Assembly: GCF_048593235.1 (NCBI RefSeq)
Contig: NC_133622.1
Location: 250,980,055 to 251,044,054, forward strand
Length of the DNA: 64,000 nucleotides
Reading direction: 5' to 3'
Origin: Sminthopsis crassicaudata
Lineage: Eukaryota
In this document: positions 1 through 34,838 of the stretch, piece by piece
How positions within the stretch are numbered: position 1 is the first letter of the stretch
How the letters are laid out: the number at the start of each line of letters is the position of its first letter
Notes under the pieces: generated by a model
Databases searched by the model: none
What the model saw: the letters and a program-made list of their open reading frames with translations, nothing else
What the model was told of the DNA's origin: nothing
Translations under genes and position numbers: made by a program

Positions 1-7178
<7,178 letters not shown>

Positions 7179-7449
7179 TCATCGCGTCGGAGGGGAAACC
7201 GAGGCCCGGGGGCCCCGCATGGCGGCTGGGGCCCCGGCCCGGTCAGGGGCGGGGCGGCCGGGGGCGCCGCCGGGGGAGCATGGGGGCCTCGCCGGACCTG
7301 GCTCTCCTTCCGCCTGCTCCTGGGCGCCCCGGCGCTCGCTCCGCTCCCTCGGAGCTCTCTTTGTACTTTGGCCCCGGGCGGGAGGCGGCGGCGGCGGGGG
7401 AGGAGTTTCGCTTTTTTCCGCTCTTCTCCCTCCTGCAGGAAACAGCATC

Positions 7450-24121
<16,672 letters not shown>

Positions 24122-25099
24122 CCAGGCCTGACCCTGATGGGACTGACCGAGTGCTCAGGGGGCCCAGAGGCCGGCCTCCACCTCGACCTCGCCAAACTGA
24201 TGGGCTGGTCCCGTTCAGAGAGCTCCGGAGCCAGGGGGCGGTGCCCTCGCTGCAGGGGGCCGGGACACGGGACTCAGGGGCCTGGCACCGGGGCTGGAGC
24301 CGGGCCGGGCCAGGGAGGGAGAGATGCTAGCCCTCCACCGCGGCCTCCCAGGGCCCTGGAGCTTGGGCCGAAGCTCGCAAAAATTGGGGGGGGGGGGAAT
24401 CTTTTTTTTTCCTTTTTTTTTTCTGCTTCTGAGACACCAGAATTAATAACACTATTTTTGATTTTGGTTGGAGTTTTCTTTGGTCATTTTGTGGGGTGAG
24501 GCAGAGGGCCGGGAGCGGGTGCCCACCGGGCTATTGGGCAGCGGGCAGCTGGAGCCGGGCTCGGTGATTCTCCCAGGCTCTGGCCGGCGCCGGTGCCTTA
24601 TTGACAGAGAATGCGGCCTGTCTGAAGAACTTCGCCCCCTCGTCCCCCCCTTCCTCGGAATCATTTCGAAGGTTCCAGGGTGCCCCCTCCCCCTCCTTCT
24701 GGATGCAGGAGGCTCTTGTGGCAATTTATGCTTCATGTAAACAGTCATTAAGTGCCTGTTGTGTGCCAGTCCCCTTTGGTGCCCAACAGGCCTGGGAGCA
24801 GCCAGGTTCAAGTAAGGGCGGGAATGGCCCCGAGGGCCGGCCCAGAGGGCGCAGCGAGGACGGAAGGGTCCCAGGCAGGGGCGCCGGGCCTGGGTCACCT
24901 GCACTGAGGGCCGCCGCCCGGCCCTGGCCAAGTGTCCACAGACTGAACCACTGGGGGGGGGCACTGGGGACCCCCCCAAGAAGGAATGCCCACCACGAGG
25001 GCAACGGGGCTGCAGCGCGTATATGCCCTTCCCAGTAGGCCACACTGCCCGGAGTCCGGCCCGGGGACCCCCCTGCAGCTCCCCCCACTCTGAGCTGCC

Positions 25100-25460
25100 C
25101 CCTGCCTCTGGCCTTGGCCTTGGGCAGGAATGGCCGGCGCCGCCCCCTCCGGCCGCTCGGCTCCTCCCTCCCTCCCAGGGCGGGAGATGGGGGAGGAGGC
25201 GGCCGGGCCCCGCCCCGGGGCGGAGCCAAAGGCGCCGGGCTGGGAGCGGCGCGCGGGCAGCTCGGCCGGCACTCAGTGGCGGGGCGCAAGGGGACCCCGA
25301 GGAGGTACAGCGGGGGCGCCCCGGGCCGTGGGGGCGGGAGAAGGCGGCGGCGGCCGAGGCGTCGGGGGGCCCGGCCCCGCGCGGACGGCCTGTCCGGGGG
25401 CACACGGGGTGAGGAGCCCCAGGACGCGGTAGGCGCGGACCGGGATGTGCAGCGGGGGAG
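25100..25460 (+). promoter_or_regulatory. SIPA1 CpG-island promoter and probable non-coding exon 1 (donor after 25408)
   Basis: CpG-dense GC-box region (ccccgccccggggcggag), donor GGG|GTGAGG at 25408/25409. The first coding exon has an acceptor with a pyrimidine tract at 27342/27343. Confidence 0.6.
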
Positions 25461-25564
25461 GGGGAGGGCTTCCTTACCGCCCCCCGGCACGTGCCCTTCC
25501 TGAAGGCCCCCGGGCGCCACTTTTCGCCTGTTACCCGGCGCGTGCTGCCCCCGCCCCCGCTTGT

Positions 25565-25720
25565 CCCGGCCCCTCTGCTGCCCCGGTGCTGCTGCTGCCC
25601 CTCAGCGCCCGCCCCCCTGCCCCTGCTGCCCTGCTCTCCCTCTGCTGCCCCCTGCTGTTCTCCCCCTGCTGCTGCCTCTGCCGCCCCCTCCCCCGCCGCC
25701 CCCGCTGCTCCTTCCCCAGT
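25565..25720 (+). repeat. Low-complexity (CCCCTGCTG)n-like tract in SIPA1 intron 1
   Basis: Repeated ctgctgcccc / cccctgc units. Confidence 0.75.
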
Positions 25721-27584
25721 CTCTGCAGAGCCCACAGCGTCCCTCACGTTGGGGTTCCCCTGGGGGGGGGCCGTGGCTGCTCCAGGCCTGTCCCCGCTCC
25801 GGCCCTTTGCTCTCCCCGTTTCCTCCTCTGTCCTCTCTGGCCCAGCCCCCACAGGGCCCGCCTAGCCCAGCTTGGGGAGGAAACATCTGTCCAACCCCAC
25901 TGGCAGCTGGAGCCGGGGTCATGACCTCCAGCTGTGGAGCTGAGAAGGGTCCAGCTCCTTCTCCAGGGGCCGAGGCTGGCAGGACTTCCAGGGGGGGGGG
26001 GCGGGGAGCGTTGGGGGTGCTCAGAGGCTCCTTGGCTTGGCCAGGGTTGGGGGCCAGCGGCTGGTGCCCTGGGCCCGGCCTCCGTCGCCCCCCCTCGGTG
26101 ACACAGGCCACATGGAATGTCCCCTGGCCTCAATGGCCCCTTGTGGGGCAGGGGGCTGGGACAGACGGGCCCATTGAGCTTGGACAGCGTGCACTGGCCA
26201 TGGGGGGGGCTGGGACAGTCGGGGGCCCTGCCCACAGGGAGATGTGGGGGCTCCCCATCGTCCCGGCCTCCCGGCTCCTGGGGACCAAATGGGCCCCGAG
26301 TCCCCAGCAAGCTCACACCCTGTGAGGGAGGAGGGGCGGCTCCCCCCGGCCCCCCAGCCTCACATCTGGGGCCGCCCCCATTCTCAGGCCGTGACAGCGG
26401 TGGGGGGGACACGGTGGCCGGCGCCCCGCGCCTGTGGTTCGGTGACCCTAGTGCCTTCCTGAGGATGTGGCGGGGGGCAGGAGGAGCGGGGACCTGGAGC
26501 CAGGGGCCACTTCCTGTCTCACAGGAAGGCTGTGCTTGCGGCCGGCCGGGCCCGCCGTGCTGGGGACCCCGGCCCCTCCTGTCCCAGGTAGCGGGCTCCC
26601 CGGCTGGGGGGGGGAAGAAGGCCCCGCCAGGGCAGGGCCCCACATCCCGAAGGCCTGGGAGCAGTCGTTCACCCTTGGGCCGGTCCCCAGCCTTGGGGGT
26701 CCCGTCCTGCCCTAGATTCCAGCCCTGCTGGAAGAGGCTGAAGAGGAAAAGGGAGGGGCCCAGAGGAAAGGCCCCGGGGGACAGGACGTCCTCCCTTTGT
26801 CAGGGCCCGGGGTGGGAGCCAGGCCTCCAGGCTCTCCTCGGCCTGCGCCCCACAGTCGCCAGGCCCAGGTCCCACATCCCGAGCTCAGGGCCGTCCCCGG
26901 GGGCTCCTCCTGGGGATTCGGCCCTGGCCACTGGCTTCCAGCGTCCCAGGCTTAGGGCTAGAGAAGTCTGAGCCCTCCTTTGTAGAGGAGAAACTGAGGT
27001 TCCTGGGAGGCTAAGCCAACTGCCTGAAACGGCGCAGGTGGTGGGTGGGCTGGAGCCTGAAAGGACTGGGGTCCCTGCAGACCCCAGACCCCATCCCCCA
27101 CGAGGTTAAGCAGGAGCCCCCAGACAGACCAGGACCCCCCCTCCCCCAGGGAGGAAATGCGGGGAAAGAGGAAGTGGCTTTGATGAGCCTGGGGCCCTGG
27201 GGGAGGGGGACCGGAAGCAGACCCTGTCATGGGGGAGGGGAGCCGGGCTGAGACTCTATTTGGGGGAAGTGAGGGATGGGTTCCTGTTTTCTCACGGTGC
27301 TGCCCTGGCTCCCCCCACTCACTGGCTGTCCCCTCTCCTCAGACACACGAGCCTCCCCCCCCCCCAGGGGCCCGGACCCTCGCAGACGGAAGAACCGGCG
27401 TCCCGCCAGTGCGCCCTGCCCTTGTCCACGGGCTCCCCAAGGAAAAGCAGCAAGTCTGGGCCCCCATGCGAGGTGTCCCGAGGCCGCTCCGTGGGACGTG
27501 CCCGGGACCAGCGAGCGGTGGCCGGTAGAAGGGGCAGGCGGGTCGCCGGGCCGGAGCCCTGCCCCAGGCCAATGAGGCCGGCAC

Positions 27585-30500
27585 ATGTGGGCAGGCAGAC
27601 CCGAGAGCCCCCGGAGGGGCGCCCCCCCCGCCATGCAGTCCGACGACCTCTTCGTCCGCAGGCTTCGCCAGCCCGCCAGGCCGGCCCTGACCCCTCACAC
27701 CTTTGAGCCCAGGGCATCCCCTGGGCCCGGGGCTCCCCTGCTGCGGAGTGGCAGCGATGCGGGGGAAGCGCGGCCCCCCCCCACGGCGAGCCCCCGGGCC
27801 CGAGCCCACAGCAACGAGGAGGGGGGGCGCGGGGCCACCCCCGCCCGGCTCTTCGCCGACCCTCTGGCCTTGCTGGGGCTGCCGCCCGAGGGAGAGCCGC
27901 CCCCCGAATTCCCGGCAGTCCCAGAGCCCCGCTGGTTCGCGCACTATGATGTCCAGAGTCTCCTTTTTGACTGGGGAGCCGGGGCCAGGGAGCCTCCCGA
28001 CACCCCTCCCACCCCCAGCCCCGCTCCAGCCTCGGGCTCGGACCTGCTCCTGGGGGCTCCGGGCTTCCTGAGCGAGGTGGGGGGGGAAGGTGAGCTGGGC
28101 CTGGGCGGCTTGTCGCCCCCCGCGCTGCCCCCCACGCTGCCCAACGCGGCCATCTCCATTCTGGAGGAGCCCCAGACCCGTTCTGAGCCGCACAGCTTGG
28201 AACACACGGACTCAGGGGCCGGATATTACCGCAAGTACTTCTATGGCAAAGGTGAGGGGCCGGAGGGAAGTGGAGGCAGGGAGGACTTAGGGACCAGTTC
28301 TTGTCTGATGTCTGAGTGAGGAGGCCCCAGAGAAGGAGGCTGAGAGGGGGAGGGGGCCGAGACGGGGGGTGGGGGGGGCGTCAGAGCGGGGAACCCAATG
28401 TTAGAATGTCGGATGTTGGAGCTGGGAGGCCTGAGACCTTGGACTGTCACAGCTGGGACGGACTCTAGAACACAAAATGTAGAAGGTGGAACGTCAGGGG
28501 AAGGGGCCTTAGAACAGGGAATGTCAGACTAGGAAGAACTTAGAACCTGCCCCCCCACTTCCTAATTTGACAAGTGGGAAAACCGAGGCTCCCAGAGAAG
28601 GCGGCGGCTGGCCAGGTGAGTTCACAGTAGGGCTAAGAGACTAGAACTCGGGACTCTGGGCTCTTTTTCCACTGCTTCCCAGAATCGGGGAAGAGGGAAG
28701 GCAGTCTTGAGGGGAGGGGCCATGAGGAATGAGCCTGTGGCCGGTGGCTGTGTGAAAAATCACCCCCCACCCCCCACCCCCACCCCCGGTCTCCAGAGCA
28801 CCAGAACTTCTTTGGGATCGATGAGAACCTGGGCCCGGTAGCGGTGAGCATCCGGAGGGAGGAGAAGGAGGGCGGCGGCTCAGCCAGCCCCCAGCACAGC
28901 TACCGCCTCATCGTCAGGACCACTCAGGTGGGGGCCGGGAGATGGAGGCTGGGGGGCCCTGGCCACGTGGCCGCCGGCCCTAAGGGATTGTCCCCGTCCT
29001 CAGCTGCGGACCCTCCGAGGCTCCATCTCCGAAGAGGTCCTGCCCCCTGGCCCTCCCCGAGGCCTGTCCCCCAAAAAGCTCCTGGAGCACGTGGCCCCCC
29101 GGCTGAGCCCCGCCTGCCTGCGCCTGGGCTCGGCCTCCCCCAAGGTGCCTCGAACCCTCCTCACCCTGGATGAGCAGGAGGTGAGTAGGGGCCCACCTTG
29201 TCCCTCTGGCGGGCTCCGAGGGCCTCCCCGGGCCCTTGCCCCCGTCTTGGCGCCTGCGGGCAGTGGGCAGCGGTCCCGGGCATCACCGGCTTCGCCACTT
29301 CCACCTGGGCCAGGCCAGACAGACAGGGGGCTCCCATGACGCTGTCCTCCCCTTCCCCAGCTAAGCCTCCAGCGCAAGGTGGGCATCCTCTACTGCCGGG
29401 CGGGCCAGGCCTCCGAGGAGGAAATGTACAACAACGAGGAGGCCGGGCCGGCCTTCACGCAGTTCCTGCAGCTCCTGGGAGAGGTGGTGAGGCTCAAAGG
29501 CTTCGAGCATTACCGAGCCCAGCTGGACATCAAGAGTGAGTGTGTGTGTGTGTGGGGGGGGACAGGTCCAGAGAGGCCTGGCTGAGGGATTAGAACTCAG
29601 GCCCCCTCGGGGCATGGGCAGGAGCCCGCCCGCCTGGACCTCGGGCTCAGAGTACAGAAAGTTCTCTGGACTGTGGAGCAAATAGTGACAATTGTATGTA
29701 ATTGAGAGGAAGGGAACAGGCACTTATGGAGCACCTGCTGTGTGCCAGGCCCTGCCTGCCAAGCCCTCTTGATCCTCACAAGATCCCAGAGCGGGAAGCA
29801 CAGTGATTATCCCACTTTAGAGGGAGGAAAGCGGAGGCCCCGGGGCTCACAGAGCGGCCCAGACCCCCACAAGCCCAGATCCTCCGGGCCAAGACTATCA
29901 GGGAGCTGGGGGAGCGGAGGAGGGGCCCGGGGAGAAGGGGCCGGGGGAAAGAGGGTCTGGCGGGCTTCAGCAGGGCTGGAGGGGGCGCCCAGAGGTGCCG
30001 GGGGCTGAGCAGAGCGCTGCAGGAGGGCCCCAACATGCGAGATGCAAAGGCCTAGCAAGGGTGCGATGGGGACAGGGAGGCAGGAAGGGAGGGAGGCCAG
30101 GTTGTCTTGGGATGAGAGAGACCTAGGTGGGCTTGTGGGTGGCAGAAAAGAAAAACAGACATAAGAGAGAGGAGAGAGGGAGGGAGGGAGGGAGGGTACC
30201 AGAGGAAGGAGGGGAAGAAAGCTAGAAGGACCAAGAGAGGGCGGGAGGGAGGCGGCCTGCCTTCCCCTCCCCCGCTCCCTGGCGGGCTCTCGAGGCCGGT
30301 TCTGGGGCCACATCTGAAGGTCACTGGGAGCTGGCCGGAGGCCAGGAGCTGAGGACAGAAGGCTGGGACCCAAGAGGCAGTGCCCAGTGAGAGTTGGCGG
30401 GAGGGGCCGAGGGGTCAGGGGCCGTGGGAGCATCTTCCAGCTGGGGAGGAGGGCCCCCAGGACGGCGCGGGGAGCAGGAGGGGGGCCTCTGGCTGCCCTA

Positions 30501-33500
30501 GCCCCCCCCTCCCCGCTGGCCACTTGCTGGGGTCTCGGAGCCACAGGGAGGCCAGAGGCCGTGGGCACTTTTGGGGCACGTGGGAAGTCCCCCACGTCTG
30601 ACCCCACAAGGGGCGCCTGCCGTTTCTCCTTCAGAGCCCCCCCCTTAGAGCCTTGACTGGGGGGTCAGGGCCCCACTCTGGCACTTCCAAGCTTGCTGTG
30701 TCTTCTCTGGGCCTCAGTTTCCCCCTTTGTAAAATGAGACTAGCTAGCCCCTCCCAGCTGGGTGGTCGTTGCCCATCTTTCATGTCTCCAGGTTATTTGT
30801 CATTGCACCTCCTTCCTCAGCCCCCTTTCCCCCCTCCTTCCGGTTTCTGCCCTCCCCTGGCTGCTTCCTCTCTCCTTCCCTTGACTTGGGAGACTCCCCT
30901 CCTGGGAATAGGGAGGGGCTCTTGGCAGGGAAAAGGCCAGGGCAGTCTGAAGGCTGGCCAGCAGTGACCTCTGACCCCTAGGGCCGCCCCAGGCCCAGGT
31001 CAAGGCCCACAGGGTTGAGAACAGCAGCCTCCGAGGGGAACCAGGGCTGGACAGCTCCCTCCTGTGGGGCTCTTTTCGCCCTCAGACCCCGGGTTTCCCC
31101 CCCTTCCTTCCCTTGGCCACAGCGGACTCCACGGGGACACACTCTGTCTACACCACCTACCAAGACCACGAGATCATGTTCCACGTCTCCACCATGTTGC
31201 CTTACACCCCCAACAACCAGCAGCAGGTGGGGGGCGCACAGGCCGCAATCGGGGCGGGCAGCCCGGCTGCGCCATCCTGCAGACTGGGCTTGGAGACGGG
31301 CTGAGGGCCTGGGTTAGGTCCCCGGTTTGGGCCTGGGAGGGCCCAGCTTCAGCTGGGTAGGACTGTGGCCCGCAGGCCTCAGTTTCCCCGTCTGGCTTGC
31401 CACAAAGGTCCCTCCAGCTCCCACTGTGAGGCTCCTTTGCTGGGGGTTTTGGGGGGAGCTCTTGGGGCTTCCCTGCCACCTGAGCCCCCCGCCCTGGTCC
31501 TGTTCCCCAGCTCCTTCGGAAGAGGCACATTGGCAACGACATTGTGACCATCGTCTTCCAGGAGCCCGGGGCCCGCCCCTTCTGCCCCAGCACCATCCGC
31601 TCCCACTTCCAGCACGTCTTCCTGGTGGTCCGGGCCCACGCCCCCTGCACCCCCCACACCTCCTACAGGTCCGTAGCCGGGGGAGGGTTCCAGGTGGCCC
31701 CCGTCCCAGAGCCAGCTGGGAAGCCGGCCCCTCTCTTGCTGACACCCGCCTCCTTTCCTTCCGGGCAGCGTGGCTGTGAGTCGGACCCAGGACACCCCGG
31801 CCTTCGGCCCTGCCCTCCCCCCCGGCGGGGGGCCTTTCCCGGCCTCCCCGGCCTTCCGGGCCCTGCTGCTGGCCAAAGCTCTCAACGGCGAGCAGGCTGC
31901 CAGCCGCGCGCGCAAGTTCCACGCCATGGCCACGCGCACGCGGCGGGACTACCTGCTGGAGCTGGCCACCAACGAGGTGACCACAACTTCGCTGGACTCC
32001 GCCTCCCGCTTCGGCCTGCCCTCCTTAGGGGGTCGCCGGCGCGAGAGGCCCCGGGGCTCGGGTGGGGAGCTGCAGGCGCAGGGCGCCCTGGTGTGGGGGG
32101 TGCGGGCCGCCCCAGGAGGCGAGGACGGGGCGGCCGAAGTCCCCTGCCTGCTGGGCGTCTCGGCCGAGACCCTAGTGCTGGTGGCCCCCCGGGACGGCCG
32201 GGTCGTCTTCAACTGCGCCTGCCGTGACATACTGGCCTGGACCTTCTCCGACCACCAGCTGGACCTGTACCACGGCCGGGGGGAGGTGCTGACCCTGCGG
32301 GTGGGCGGCGCCCCCGGTGAGGCCGTGGGCGAAATCGTGGCCAGGCTGCAGGTGCGTCTGGGGGCTGGGAGGGAGCAAGGAGATGGGGCCGGGCGAAGCT
32401 CCGTGAGCCGCCCCCCAGGCTGGCCGGTGCCTGAGAGCCGTGTCCCCCGCAGCTGGTGAGCCGAGGCTGTGAGACGCGCGAGCTGGCGCTCCCCCGGGAC
32501 GGCCAGGGCCGCCTGGGCTTCGAGGCAGACGAGGGGGGCTTCGTGAGCCACGTGGAGCGATTCACTTTCGCGGAGACCGCCGGGCTGAGGCCTGGGGCTC
32601 GGCTCCTAAGGGTCTGTGGCCGCCCCCTCCCCCGGCTGGGACCCGGGGCTGCCGCCGCCCTCTTGCGCTCGGCCCCCAAGGTCTGCGTCACCGTCCTGCT
32701 TCCTGATGAGAGCGGCCGGCCCCGAAGGTCAGAGCGCGCCCCGGCCCGTGGGCCTGGCTCAGACCAGCCACATCTTTGTCCACGGGAGACTTTTTGGAGC
32801 CTGCGGGGTCTCCCTGGGGTGGGCAGGGGCCCCTGGAGCCCCTGCCCCTAGAGGAACCCCCCAGTGCCTGGGCCATGAGGGAGGGGGTCAGGGGCTGACA
32901 TCACCTCTGACCCGAGCGGACTCGGACACAAGGCACCGCAGGAGGCCCCTGGCCTCACTTTCCCTAACGGGGCCCTTCCTCCTGGGAAGCTCCATTCTCC
33001 TTTCTCCCCACAGGAGTTTTTCCGAGCTCTATGAGATGTCGCTGCAGGAGCCGGGCCGGCGGGGGATCCAGGGCCCCGGGCCTGAGGGGGGGCCGTGTCT
33101 GCGTCCGGCCATGGTCCAGATGCTGCGCGGGCTGAGCCTGCAGGACGGCTCCCCGGCCCCCGGCCCCCCTCCAGGCCTCCCCGAGGAGAGGACCGAGTTC
33201 TTGCACAGTCAGAGCGAGCCCTCCCCCCAAAGGTCAGTTCTGCTCCTTCCTGAGCCCCCCCAGCCTCCCCTCATCTCATCCCTGCCTGTCTGCCCCCCTC
33301 ACCTCTCCCTCGCTGCCCCCCAGCTCCCCGGCCAATGGGGTCCCCGTCCTGCCAGACGCCACCCCGGACCTCCTCTTGGTCGCTACCCATAAGGCCGCCC
33401 ACCCTGGTCAGGCGGGGGCCGGGCCTCCAGAGCAGGTAAGAACCAGCGGTGGCCCAGGGTGACCTCGGGGCCATCCGGGGGAAGAGGGGTGGTTGGGGGT

Positions 33501-34576
33501 GGGGGAGCTGGGCCTCCGTGTCCTCAGTGTGCCCCCTGACCCAGGTCCTCCCTGGCACTTCCATTGGACAAGAGGCTCTGGAACACCCCGGCCCGCTGCC
33601 CAGAGAGCTGAGCGACTCTTTCCTGCCTCGGACCCTCTCCCTGAGGAATTCCATCAGCAAGAGTAAGTCTCCTGGGGTGGGGTGGGGGGCCTTCCCCTCC
33701 CTTCCCCCTCTCCCCTCACTCCCGATCTCCCCCCCAGTCCTGTCTGAGGCTGGAAGCGAACCCCTGGACGAGGAGTGGAAATCCATCTCGGAGATCGCGG
33801 CCACCTGTAACAGCATCCTGGAGGCGCTGTCCCGGGAGGGTGAGCCGGCCTGGGGCCCTGAGGGGCAGGAAAGCCGGCCTGCGGGGGGGGGGGGGGGGGA
33901 CTCTAGGGCCTTGGGCCCCCTCTGTGCCCTCCCCCTTTCCTTGCTCATCCGGGGGGCGGGGGTTGGAAGGGTAAGACTCCTCCAGGAGGGAGCACTGAGG
34001 GCTGTTGTCACTACAGGCCAGCAGCTGCCGGAGGCCCAAGATGCCAGGGAAGCCTCCAAAGCCGAGACCGAGTAAGTGCAATGGGGCCTGGGCTGAGGCC
34101 CCTGGGGCGGGGGGACGGAGCCCACTGCCCTCTCCGGTTTGGCCCCCCTCCCGGGTTCGGGGCCGCCTGGAGGGCCTGGGCCCGCAGGTGCCAGACTCCT
34201 CAGGAAGCCCTGCTTGCCCACAGCCCGGCCTCTGGAAGCTTGTCGGAGAAGGTCTCCCATCTGGAGACCATGCTGAAGAAGCTTCAGGATGACCTGCAGA
34301 AGGTGAGGAGGGGGGGGAGGGGGCCCTGGGGGGGCGGAGGGGGAAAGGTGGTCCTGGCTTCCAGGATGGGGGGAAGGCAGCCTGAAGGGGGCGCTCCAAG
34401 ATCCAGCTCCTCCTCTCCATCCCTCCCATCCCCTCCAGGAGAAGGCAGACAAGGCTGCCCTGCAGGAGGAGGTTCGGAGCCTCAGACACAACAACCGCCG
34501 GCTTCAGGCAGAGTCCCAGAGTGCGGCTGCCCGCCTGCTCAGGGCCTCCCAGCAGCTAGGGAGCCCAGGCCCCTGA
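27585..34576 (+). CDS. SIPA1: Signal-induced proliferation-associated protein 1 (Rap GAP with PDZ and coiled coil), ~1030 aa
   Basis: Coding exons: 27585-28251, 28797-28927, 29004-29180, 29361-29535, 31123-31226, 31511-31668, 31769-32351, 32453-32727, 33014-33232, 33324-33435, 33545-33662, 33738-33839, 34017-34071, 34224-34302, 34439-34576 (sum 3093 nt, in frame). RapGAP motif [16 protein letters not shown] (Asn thumb), PDZ ([12 protein letters not shown]), C-terminal coiled coil ([23 protein letters not shown]). Confidence 0.96.
29715..30745. mobile_element. L2 tail and MIR fragments in SIPA1 intron
   Basis: gcacttatggagcacctgctgtgtgccaggc (29720), gatcctcaca...ttatcccactttagag (29770), ctctgggcctcagtttccccctttgtaaaatgag (30705). 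Confidence 0.6.
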
Positions 34577-34832
34577 TGCCCACCTGCACCCAGGGACCCT
34601 TTTGCTGGGGCAGAAGTTGACGGCTCTGCCCCGCCCCCACCTCTCTGCATCAGGCAGCAGGCTCCCCCGTGACCTTCCCAGCAGCCCAGGGGGCTCTGGA
34701 GTGGGGAGCCCCCTGTGTACTGTGTAAAAGTGACCCCCTGCCGCCCCCTGGCCTTTCCCAGTAGGCTCCTGGGCTCACCTCCTCCAAGCCCATCTGTAAA
34801 TATCACTGGGAAGAGCTGCCCTCGTTATGGAA

Positions 34833-34838
34833 AGTAAA
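34833..34838 (+). terminator. Candidate SIPA1 variant poly(A) signal AGTAAA
   Basis: Only PAS-like hexamer I found within ~300 nt of the SIPA1 stop. Confidence 0.45.

Noticed and set aside
24452-25852. 466-aa minus-strand ORF over the SIPA1 promoter
   Set aside because: Ala/Gly/Pro/Arg low-complexity translation of a CpG island, with no homology I recognise and no splice or poly(A) support.
29004-29030. Suspected frameshift at the start of SIPA1 coding exon 3
   Set aside because: Rechecked against the ORF track: the sequence reads CGA GGC TCC ATC ([11 protein letters not shown]) and the 177-nt exon is in frame.
33271-34494. 407-aa minus-strand ORF antisense to SIPA1 3' exons (and similar 200-300 aa ORFs at 8545-9473, 25744-26971, 39592-40440)
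   Set aside because: Stop codons are scarce in ~70% GC DNA. Where these ORFs look protein-like they simply contain true exons plus read-through intron.
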